From positions 22,134,001 to 22,198,000 of the forward strand of contig NW_026889761.1 of the NCBI RefSeq assembly GCF_033153115.1: 64,000 bases of DNA. The letters run 5' to 3'. A program made the position numbers and the translations under genes. Under the pieces are notes generated by a model. That model saw only the letters and a program-made list of their open reading frames with translations. It did not search any database and was not told the DNA's origin. The stretch comes from Saccostrea echinata. Its lineage: Eukaryota. Below, one piece after another: positions 13,982 to 25,128 of this stretch (position 1 is the first letter of the stretch; each line of letters opens with the position of its first letter).

Positions 13982-14712
13982 TAGGGATGGCAATCGATTA
14001 CAGAATTGCTAATCGGTTAACCGCAAGACGTTCCGACCGATTAACCGGTTAATCGTACATTATATCAAAATACACATTTTCTTGACTTTTTTTTCAAGTA
14101 GCTCTATTCATAGTAAGATGTTAGAAACAATCTGTTTATCTTGATCAGGAAACTACATGTACATGTATTTTACTAGTATTTCAATTTCAATAGGTAAGAA
14201 AAAAAAATTAAAAAAAACCATGAAACATGCCTGAGAAATCAGACGTTGATAATTTTTTAGAGCAGATGTCACACATTCTGCATTGTCGCTATGAACAAAA
14301 CTAAGTCTGAACTTTCCCTTAATATACAATGTTTGTCTAATAATATAATTTGATAGATAACTGCAAAAGATAGATAATGATTCACAGTGCTCAACGGTGA
14401 TTTATTTAACATCATTAAAGAATTACAGGACAGTCGGGGTAACCACATGTTGTTTATACAGTAATTAACACTTCACAAACTGACCAATTACCCCGCGATC
14501 TCAATCAGGAAAACAATAATTATCTCCAAATCAGCTTAAATACATATGTAAAAACTCTAAATTATCCAATGTTTATATAGAAGTTTCATTTTTAAAAATG
14601 AATTGTAAGAAAATTTCGTTCAAATTTACATATATTTTATTTTTTCCGACTAACCGATTACAGATTTTCTAACCGATTACCATCGTTCCGACCGAGTAAT
14701 CGGTTAACCGGT
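13982..14712. mobile_element. hAT-like MITE inserted in (TA)n; right end lost in an N gap; diverged paralog at 34980-35714
   Basis: TAGGGATG terminus and subterminal AATCGGTTAACCG motifs at both ends. Confidence 0.6.
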
Positions 14713-14929
14713 NNNNNNNNNNNNNNNNNNNNNNNNNNNNNNNNNNNNNNNNNNNNNNNNNNNNNNNNNNNNNNNNNNNNNNNNNNNNNNNNNNNNNNNN
14801 NNNNNNNNNNNNNNNNNNNNNNNNNNNNNNNNNNNNNNNNNNNNNNNCTTAAACTAACATAACTGCCCTAAGTGAAGAAATATTAATATTGAAAGCACAA
14901 AGAAATTCACTTTTACAAGGATACCCACT

Positions 14930-15020
14930 TCCGCCGCAACCCGGGGTTGAACTCTCGACCTACGGAATCTGTCTCCTAGCAGTATATGAACAGCGTGCTT
15001 GACCGCTCGGCCATCTAGCA
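14930..15020 (-). other. Degenerate tRNA-like sequence (A and B boxes); not a functional tRNA
   Basis: Minus strand TGGCCGAGCGGTCAAG...GAGTTCAACCCC. Acceptor and anticodon stems do not pair well. Confidence 0.55.
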
Positions 15021-15164
15021 AGTCAAAAAATTTGCTTTCGATGCCGATGAAATTGTCTTTGTTTGTAAGGCTCGTTACACATGCATATAACTTGTATATT
15101 AGAGGAACTGGGATGTAATTCTACAAGTGGAAATCCAACTTATACCCATTGCTCCATTTCTAAG

Positions 15165-16600
15165 GAGAGAATTCTTCAAAATCATATGTCAGTTTTGAAT
15201 ATTTTGTTATATTCCCAACAACCAAAATGAATTTGAATTGCCATATCAATATTGGATTCCGAAACTTCATAAAAATCCTTACAAACAAAGATACAAAGCG
15301 GGTTCCAGTAAATGTTCTACCAAGCCTCTTTCTTTACTCCTCACTAAGATATTAACAGTAGTGAAGGAGAAACTTCAAGAGTAATGTGCAACAATATATT
15401 CGAGAAGTGGTGTAAGTCAGATGTGGGTACTAAAAAATTCCAAAGAACTTTTGGAACATTTGAAATCACAAAATTTTACCAAAATCAACAAATTAAAAAT
15501 TTACGACTTTTCAACTTTATATACAACTATTAATAAAATAAATTAAAGTCCAGACTTTCTGACATCGTTGACTGCTGCTTTTTCAATAAAAATGGAACCC
15601 GTAGATTTACTTACCTTGTCGTTGGTCATTTGCAAATTATTTTGTTAAAAAACAATCTGATTGTACACACAAGTACTCTGAAGTTGACATTAAAAAGATC
15701 CTCGAGTTTCTGATTGACAATATCTATGTGGTTTTTGGAGACCAGGTCTTCCATCGAACTTGGAATTCCCATGGGTATCAATTGCGCCCCTGTATTAGCA
15801 GACCTTTTTTTGTATTCATATGAAGCTGAATTTTCTCAAAATCTTTTACGTGAAAAGAAGAAAACACTTGCTGTGGCCTTCAACTTAACATTTAGATACA
15901 TGTATGTCGACGACGTATTGTCAATTAACAATGGTTATTTCCATTCTTATGTCGACACGATATATCCCGATGAGCTTGAGACAAAAGAGTCTGACACATC
16001 TGTTTCATATTTGGATATCTTTAAAAAAAAAAGAAAAGACGTTAATGGTTATCTAACAACAAAGCTTTATGATAACCGTGATGACTTTAACTTTTCAATC
16101 GTCAACTTCCCTTACCTTTGCAGCAATATACCTTTATCACCTGCATACGGGGTTTATATCTCTCAGTTGATTCGATACGCCAGAGCATGCTCTACGTATG
16201 AACAATTTCTAAAACGAGGTAAGTTAATGACAAAGAAGTTGATGAAACAAGAATATCAGCAATCTCGTTTAAAGTCATGATTTGGTAAGTTCTGTGGTCG
16301 ATACAATGACCTTGTCAGCAAATACAATCTATCATTAAGTCAAATGCTGACCGACTTTTTTCAAACTAATTGTTAGACCATTATTCACACACTGAATTGT
16401 CGACGGATTTTCCCGTTATTTCCCAATCATGACAAGGAGCACACGGCGGGTGTGACCGGTCGGCAGGGGATGCTCACTCCTTCATGGCATCTGATCCCAC
16501 CTCTGATGTCTTAGAGGTTCGTGTTTGCTCTGCTTCTATTTTGTAATGTTTCATGGACTTATGAGTTCGAATACTGTTCGATATCTCCACATATTTCATC
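15165..16600 (+). mobile_element. Penelope-like retroelement RT relic (5'-truncated, frameshifted)
   Basis: WIPKLHKNPYKQ, MWVLKNSKELL, YDFSTLY, GIPMGINCAPVLADLFLYSYE, YVDDVLSINN, KLYDNRDDFNFSIVNFPYL, PAYGVYISQLIRYARAC. Confidence 0.85.
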
Positions 16601-17960
16601 TAAAGACCTTTTTGGGTATTTTACTCGAAATAAGCAATAATTGCAAACTAGCAACAAAACTTTATGAAAATCAAGATGACTTCAATCCATCTATCGTCAA
16701 TTTCCCTTCTTTTTGTAACAATATACCGTCATCACCCGCATATTCCAGTTGATTAGATACGCAAAAGCATATTGTATGTATGAACGATTTCTAAAACAAG
16801 CAAGCTATTGACAAATAAGTTGATGTTACAAGGATATCAATAGTCTCGTTTAAAGCCAACAGTTCGAAAATTCTGTGGTAGATACAATGACCTTGACTAA
16901 TGTTTTTCATATAAATTGTTAAGCCATTCTTTTTCACACTGAATTGTCTACGGATTTGCCCGACCATGACAAGGAGCACAAAGTGGGTGTGACCGGTCGC
17001 ACGGGGATGCTTACTCCTCCATGACACTTATTCCACCTCTGATGTTTTAGAGGTGTTTGCTCTGCTCTTAAATTCTATATATTATTCAAATGACTTTTCA
17101 GCTTGATTGCTGTTGTTATCTTTATATTTCACCTATTGTATTTTACCACATAATAAAAGTCGCACAATAAATAATCAAAGTTTAGTTATTAGTTACATGT
17201 AAAAGTGTTATCTTAATGTTTCTTTATTATCCGTTTGATATTTGGATAATTTAACTAATTTTAGACATACTTGGCCAACTTAAAAGTTGTAAGTTGGCCA
17301 AATATGTCTATAATTAGTTGTAAGTTACAACGTACTAAACAATATAAAAAACGGGATGACTTCCGAATCGGCTTTTCCATAGACAACTTCTTATATGTAT
17401 TAATGTAGTAAAACAAATATTCCACCATCGCTGCATATAACTTATTTCGTGCGCTAGAGCATGCTCTAAGTACGATCGACTTTTAAACAGTGGCAGGATA
17501 TTGGCAAATGAAAAAGGTCTTTAAAAAATATTATAAACAACACAGATCTGTGAAGAGAGCTCAAAACACTGACCCCTGGAAATACCCGAGGTGGATCGGG
17601 TGCCTAGGAGAAGTAATTAAGTAGCTCCTTTTGGCCGGTCACACCCACTATGAACCCTATGTATTGATCTTGTAGACGGAACATTCCGTAGTCAAATTGA
17701 GTATAAAAATACAGGCTAAAATACGACCAAATTATACGACCATAGAATTTTATGAAATGCTAATTTTAAACGAGGTTGTTGAAATTCATGTAGCATCAAC
17801 GCATCTATCAGTAGCCTGCCTCGGTCTAATAATTGATCGTACTCGGAGCATGCTCCGATGATGATGATGATGATAAGATGTAAATAAGATGAGTTTACTG
17901 GGCTTTCAACAGTCATTCAAAGTCAGCATTTCGGAAAAGTTCTGGGTCATTTTAACAACC
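16601..17960. mobile_element. Cluster of short Penelope-like 3' fragments in both orientations
   Basis: KLYENQDDFN..IVNFP at 16655-16710 (+). Shared 3' motif at 16974-17060 (+) and 17562-17650 (-). Confidence 0.75.
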
Positions 17961-18097
17961 TTNNNNNNNNNNNNNNNNNNNNNNNNNNNNNNNNNNNNNN
18001 NNNNNNNNNNNNNNNNNNNNNNNNNNNNNNNNNNNNNNNNNNNNNNNNNNNNNNNNNNNNNNNNNNNNNNNNNNNNNNNNNNNNNNNNNNNNNNNNT

Positions 18098-19117
18098 TCG
18101 TGGACTATGCCAATCTTCGTTATACTGTCTTCAAGAAATTTAAAATGAGCACATTATCATATGTAAAAATATTTATTTTGTTTAAGTGTGAAGTTTCATT
18201 CCATGTGATTTAATAGAATTCATGTTATTTAATTTTAAAATCAACATGTTTTGTAGCCACGGAGCAAACTCAACAACACTGTAACGTCAAAAACATACAG
18301 ACATGAGGTTCTCAAAAATACTATCCCTATACATTTCACACAGTATTGCCCAATACCAGTGCACTCACTAAAAACGTTTCTCTATCACTTGAAATCTATT
18401 TTGCTAACAATTGTCCCAGTAGCATTATTTTGTTTGTCAGTGTTATATTTTTTTCACTGCATAAGTGTGCTTTCACAAGATAAGCATCTGTGAAGCGCCA
18501 AACTCTTAGCATGACGTTACAAACTTTTCGATGTTTTTGAGTAGATTTTTACAGATAATCCGTTTTCTCAGAGATCACTATAGTCTAAGCGGAGTAGTGT
18601 ATCATTCAAATACCGCTTGTACCATGTACACACACACATGCATGGCTCGCTTTTGACATATTTCCTTCTTCCTCCGGCATTTTCAGTTTCAAAATTGTAT
18701 GGATAACTGCTGTTCCGTGACGTTCTTCGATGTTATCTTTTTTTGGCTTTTCAATGAGGACTACCTATCTTCTGAAACTGATTTCTTTTCAACGAAGCAA
18801 AATATTAAGTCATAATTTGGAATTAGAAGAGATGAAACAATGCTTAATTTGAACGTGTAGAATTTTTCAGATTTTGTTTCATTTTACAGAAGATATGACC
18901 TCAGACATTATTTAGTCTCTTGATTGTAAATTACGAAATTTTGACCCGCTCCGTGATCCAATTTTCGCATTTTTTAAGTCTAAATAAGTTTGAAATAAAC
19001 CATGATATTTAAAAAATTTTTAATACACATCATTTAAATTAACTGTTGAAATATTTCTTCCAGCTTTGGATATAATATGACGTTAAGTAAAAAAAGTTAT
19101 GACGATAGTCCACGAAC
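18098..19117. mobile_element. Putative TIR element bounded by N gaps
   Basis: TTCGTGGACTAT at the left edge and ATAGTCCACGAA at the right edge; no recognisable ORF. Confidence 0.5.
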
Positions 19118-19796
19118 NNNNNNNNNNNNNNNNNNNNNNNNNNNNNNNNNNNNNNNNNNNNNNNNNNNNNNNNNNNNNNNNNNNNNNNNNNNNNNNNNNN
19201 NNNNNNNNNNNNNNNNNNNNNNNNNNNNNNNNNNNNNNNNNNNNNNNNNNNNNNNNNNNNNNNNNNNTTCTGGGGTTTCATGGAAGTTTTTCTTCCCGTT
19301 TAGGTTAAAATTGCTTGCATTTCCACTTTCGTTTGCAATATACAATGGATAGTTAATTAATGTTTGTTCTTTCAAGTTTAAATGAAAAATAATTGTAACA
19401 AAGATATCTAAAACATGAAACAATTCTTATTGAAATTGTAGATACTTTTGCTATATGTCCAAAAGTTACATGGATGTACACTGTTTAAATCATTGAATTA
19501 AATATATGCACTCAAAGGCAACTTGATTAACCGGTAGATGAACATTATAAACAATTCTCTCCTTCTCTCTCTCTCCTGAATATATAATGGAAAGATAAAA
19601 AAAATTCTTTAAAACAATGATACATTTGTGAAATCAAAATGAAAGCATTTCTACATAATGTAGATTGTCAATTAATCATAAAAGACAATTTTTCATAAAT
19701 GACCCCGGTCATTCTTCTATTGGGGTCATCAGGCGACAATACGTATCGATGGACGACAAATAAAAAAAATTGCCAGTAACTTAGATCCGTCAAATA

Positions 19797-20949
19797 CGGA
19801 GGCGTATTAGTGCCACGTAACATTTTGTTAAGTTGGTAAGTTGGTAATTTCAACTTTAAAGTTGATAATTCAAACTTTAATCTTGGATTTTCCAACCTTA
19901 AAATTGGTAATTCCAACTCTGAAGTTGGCTTTTCTAACTTTAAAAATTGGTAATTCCAACTTTAATCTTGGCTTTTCCAACTTTAATTTGTGCTTTTCTA
20001 ACCTTTTCTTTAGCTTTTATCCCTTTATTTTAAATTATTGCCAACTTTGTTAAAGCAAAATTAATATACTGAAATAGATTGGTGAGCAATTAATCTGTGT
20101 CAATTATATTTTAACTTGACCTTTCCTGTAGCTTTACTTATAACTTCTAACTTTGAAATCCCCTATAATTTCTTTGGTCCATCTTATATAATTATACAGA
20201 GAATAACTTCATACAACTCCCTGCGTGAAGTATTTCAACCAAACCTCAGACATATACATGTGTATTTTGTTTTTTTTTTTTTTGTGAGGGAATAAGCTTA
20301 AACAAATATTATTTGGTGTTTAATATATGGGATGAATCAACACTACATAACATGCTTCAAATACAACTGAAATGTATCAATTCTGTATGTGAAAACACAA
20401 TGAAATAATTACTTCTTTCATCATAATTTCATAACTGATCTTTTTATTCCCATTGTAATTACATGTGTAAAACAGCAACGCGAGTCCAGCTACAAAGTAT
20501 CTGAATATAACGCATAAAGCCGTACCATAGGCGTCGGAACCGGGAGGGAGCTACTTTTTTGCAAAGATAGACATACTAAAGGCATTAAACATTTGGGCGT
20601 AGGTTTAGCCCCCGCCCCCTACTTTCAACAGACACATAGCAGTGTAATCAAAGAAAGGTAAGTGGTAGCGTTTGAAAAACAAATGGTACTTAAAGAATGA
20701 AAGAAGTTCGATCCCCCCCCCAGCCCCCCACGAAATAGGATTTTCAGGTTTGGACAATTTTTAAATTTTTTTTTAATTGCTTGTCAAGTTTTTTTTTCAG
20801 GTTTGAATTTTTTCTCTCTTTCAATTAGACCCCCACTTTCAATTTGCTTCCGATGCCTATGCGTAGAAATGCCAAGATTGGAAAAGCCAACTTTAAAGTT
20901 GGAATTACCAACTTAAAAAAAAAAATTACGTGGCACTAATATTCTTCCG
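19797..20949. mobile_element. TA-flanked MITE with about 21-bp subterminal repeats and a nested MITE (20526-20861)
   Basis: TIRs CGGAGGCGTATTAGTGCCACGTAA / TTACGTGGCACTAATATTCTTCCG. Inner TIRs CATAGGCGTCGGAA / TTCCGATGCCTATG. Confidence 0.75.
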
Positions 20950-23900
20950 TAGTTAAACCGTGTCGATTTTTTTTTCATGGCTGTCGAAAACGAAATTATA
21001 CTTTTTACAATTATGCGAGTAAACTTAATAAAATATAATTTACAGACATCACCTCATACCTACTGTAATATAAGAACTTAGAATGAAATTTGGTGCAGGC
21101 TTTTTTGCAAAAATACGAGTATATTCATTTGTCATTTTAGATATGCAAATTTTGAGACAGGCAAACACATATTCCAAGACAGTAATGTACAAATAAATTG
21201 TTCAGTATACACTACTTGGTGTGGGATAGCAATATGACAGAGTTGAATCGTCTCTGAGTTACTTTCTCATTTTACCAAAGCAAGAGGCCGATGGGCCACA
21301 ATACTTAAGTCCCCTTGGCTCTCCTTTTAACTCCCGCAAAACATTAATTATTATTCATTATTATTAATGATTCTTTTTTATCGTGTTTGTCAATGTGAAT
21401 AAAAAATAAAAATAAAAACTATTGAATATACACTTGCTGTAATTGTATGGTATGCATTAACCCTATAAAAATTATTTTTTATATTATTTGATTAGTTATA
21501 GTAAAGAGGAGACCCATTTTATTTTCATTATTATTATTTTTTTGTTTAAGTATCTAAAAATACGAACAAGGGGTGTGTGTGTGTGTGTGCGAGGGAGAAA
21601 GAGAGAGGTTGTGTGTGTTTGTGTGAGGGTGAGGGTGTGTGTGTATTAAATCACTAGGTAGAATTTTGTTCTGTATGTGTTGAATGATGATATGGATATA
21701 ATAGTAGAGTAGAGCATAATATCACCACCGTAGTAAAAAACAAATTTGTTGCTTTGTTGGCTGCATTTGTATTTTCCTTTTAGTCTCATCTTGAAGAGGA
21801 GTTCATCATCTTGAATCATCAAATAAAGCTGGGATATAAAATAATTGAATATCCCAGTGTATAACACAACATACATGTAGTTAGGTGTGACATAATGTAT
21901 TTACCATTATATTACCAACGTGAACGCCCACCCTTGTTTTAAAGTTCTACGCTTTGTTCAATGACTTTAATTTCTTTCCGCTTATTGAAGCCACAAAGGT
22001 GGTTTAGTGACTACCATAAAAAGGCGCCTTAATCCCCTTGTACCTCGGAAATAAGTATTTCTTTGATTAGCCCTAAAAGAAGCATTTTTCCTTCCCCGAG
22101 ATAAAAGTTGATGAAAGAGGTCGGAATTAAGCTATTATGATATTTTTACTATAATGTATTTATTAATATTAAACACAATTTGTATATATTATATATTCTG
22201 CTATACAAATATATTTTAAATAACTGCAAATTCCAGGGTTGGAAGGGGGGGGGGTTCCGGACCTCCGATTCCACACCCCCTCTAGATCCGCGCATGATGT
22301 TATTAATAATTCAAGCTCTTATGTATAACTCTGATCTCTGTGTTTTGATATATCCACTGGTAAACTGATAAGATACATATCTAATTGTCAGCTTTTCACT
22401 GAAAAGGTTTTGTTGTATTTGCAACAAAATTAAAATGAGAGAGAGAGAGTATACAGGTAGAGAAATTGCCTTTGTTACAAGGTCTTTATCTATATCTAGA
22501 CTTTCTCTTCACGACTTTTGGTACCAAAGAGGGCTAAGATCGATCATGTAGGTCGTGTGATCTATTAAAAATTCAAAATAATTCAAAAAGAACACATATA
22601 TTAGTTGTCACGCCCCCGTTCATAGAAATAAATCATGAGACGAAACACTTGAAAACCTTTCTTTTTTTTTAAATTTATGCCAACACACGAATTCTTTTTC
22701 GTAGAAACCTGACATGACCCAATTCAATGCTTCTAGAATGTAATTTTTTTGGCCCTGGTGTAGCCTTTGTGAGGAGGGGGGTCATTTCTTATCTTCTGAC
22801 ACACTGTCCTGTGAGTCTGAATGTATAGATGTTCCTGGCCCTAGGGTGAAAAGACACGGGGTAAAAAGGAGAGACGGCAGCTCAGGTCATGTGATTTATA
22901 CTCTGATGAATGAATCCAGCATCTAAAAAAAATGTGTCCTCAATAATGCAATAAATAGCCTTAAAATAATTTAAAAGGAGAAAAAGTTTAGGAGATGATC
23001 CATACCTCGTACCAGTTCCGGAATAAATTGAAAATAACTCCCTTTATAGCTGCTCTTGGTAAAAATAAACATTGTTTTGTCATTTTTTATACAGAAAAAA
23101 TAAGATCTAAGGCGAGCGATCTTCACTGTTGTTACGCTCTGATGATTTGCAATAATTAATCATAAAAAGCCCCAAAATAATTTTTCTATCCATAATTGAT
23201 CACATACGACTAAATTGAATAATTGTAGGCACGCGTCACTTGGGGATTTTGATACGAATCGCGGGAACATAGGGCGTTCACACGAGAAGTTTGCTTCGAA
23301 TTGAAAAAAAAGTGACCCAGGAGTAAATTTATGGTAGTCTCGACAGAAGGACCCTTGAAAGAATCTGTTTATAAACACCCACTGCTTTACTGACGGGACC
23401 CTTAACTGTTCAATCTACAGTGTATAACTCTGAATTCAAATTACAAAATTTTTATGGGAGTGTCTCGTGAACTCCGTGTAAACAAAGTGAGATATACCCT
23501 CGATATCGGTATAATATCAATATTCTGAGGATAATACGAAGTAATAAAGCTTATCTTAACACACAAACAGCCCAGATCAACACCACCCTAACTCTGTTAC
23601 ATGTGATTTATACATACCTCACTAATGAAAGCGGGCCATTAAGAAAGGTAGGTCATTTACATTTATTCCGGGACTCTCTTTTGAAAGAACTTTATTTTCC
23701 TTCATAATATACTACTTAGTGATTTTAGAGAATCCGATTTCAAGATGATGGAAATTAATCAAATATATCGCTATCATCATGGTTATACCTGTAAGTCTAC
23801 GTTATAACCTATCCAATGTGACAGTTACTCATCGCCCGTCAGTCTGTCCTCAACCCCCGAGATGTGAAATTTGTTATTTTTTTTCAAACGACATCTTGTT

Positions 23901-24644
23901 ATTAGATAAATAGTTCTAGCTTGAATGTTCGTTTTGTAGAAGTATGGTGGGAATGGACAGATCTTCGCATATTTGGACTTCTGGATTTTTACTTTTGTTT
24001 GTGATAAAATGTTCAAATTGTCAAGATTTTGTGACAAATGCACCAAAACTAACAAGACAGGGGATATAATAGTATCTTTAAGTATATATTTATGCAATAC
24101 AATGAATAATTTACCTTTTCCTTTCTCCTGTACATGTGCCTTCTTACTTTTCTTCTTGTCAGTGAGAAGAACCGATTAAACGGTAAGGTATTAAAACAAA
24201 GCCATCACACATTTTTCCAAGCAAGATTTAGTTAGAGAACAAACTCCTCTTACAGATTTGCACAAAAGATATCAAACTAATCGTCATTAATATCCTGCGT
24301 CGGACTCTTTTATACACACCAAATAAATTCTACCTCTAATCACGGGAATAAAACAGAGTACATTTCAAAAGCATAAATTTTCCAAAGCATTTTGAATACG
24401 CATAATATCGATCAAGGGTAATTAAACGAGGTATTTTATACTAAAAATCACAGTTTGACTGCGATCTTTTACTTGTACTTTTTACTTTTGAATTTCCTAA
24501 TACATCTGAAAACTATACCGCATGAAAGACTATATATATTTAGTCCTTCTACATATAAAAATCATATCTTTAATATTGGTTCTTTAGCTATTTATGTAAT
24601 GAGGCACAATAATGAACTGACTTGTGCTTTTGCCTAGCCAATGT

Positions 24645-24680
24645 GCTCAGGTGGGCGATGTGGCCCATGGGCCTCTTGTT
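24645..24680 (+). mobile_element. HINE 3' terminus at the duplication junction
   Basis: CTCAGGTG...GGCCCATGGGCCTCTTGTT has the same architecture as the terminus of the 36096-36803 element. Confidence 0.7.
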
Positions 24681-24710
24681 ATTTTTATACCTTGGATATT
24701 TTTTTTCTAG

Positions 24711-25128
24711 CCTTTAGATGCTAGCACCAGTAAACAACTTCAGACCATTCTAGAGGGATTTCTACAGAAGGGACAGAAACTCTACCTAGAGACTGAGGTA
24801 AAACTGCTCAATTCTTACTCCAAATTTTCAAAACTGGATTGTCTGCCTTATTTTTCTATTTATATGTGCTACCATAAATCTTTGCCATAAATCCTTTATA
24901 AGAGGATGAAAATATCTGGAATAGGGGGAGGAATTTAAAACTTCTTTAACAAAATTGTATGTAAATGATCATTTTATTTGGACATGAATTATATTTTGTT
25001 CTGTGTTTCAGGTTGACCCAAGTCTTGTTGGAGGTATGACGGTGACCATTGGGGATAAATTTATAGACATGTCCCTCAAATCCAAGATCAAGCTCTACAT
25101 TGACATTCTTAAGAGTGCAGCTATCTAA
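24711..25128 (+). pseudogene. ATP5PO: Duplicated last two exons of ATP5PO (24711-24797, 25012-25128) with 3' UTR; partial gene copy with frame and splice sites intact
   Basis: Near-identical to 4623-5045: three synonymous changes and one T>I codon change. No copies of the upstream exons precede it. Confidence 0.85.

Larger units (their letters stand above)
4596..24050 (+). repeat. Tandem segmental duplication, unit A
   Basis: Colinear with 24681-55679: starts ATTTTTATACC (4596/24681) and ends CACCAAAACT (24050/55679). Shared OSCP exons, MITEs, PLE fragments, mariner relic and C1q gene. Confidence 0.88.

Noticed and set aside
14930-15020. Functional or suppressor tRNA
   Set aside because: The cloverleaf stems do not pair and the anticodon cannot be assigned.
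16278-16530. In-frame TGA in the PLE RT plus a downstream hairpin as a selenocysteine/SECIS system
   Set aside because: The TGA is not shared by the other fragments (16856-16860 and the minus-strand copies differ), and the 3' structure lacks the apical AA and a good helix II.
15165-17960. Hammerhead ribozymes expected in Penelope-like elements
   Set aside because: No CUGANGA...GAAA core with flanking stems found by eye; the CTGATGA hits elsewhere lack the fold.
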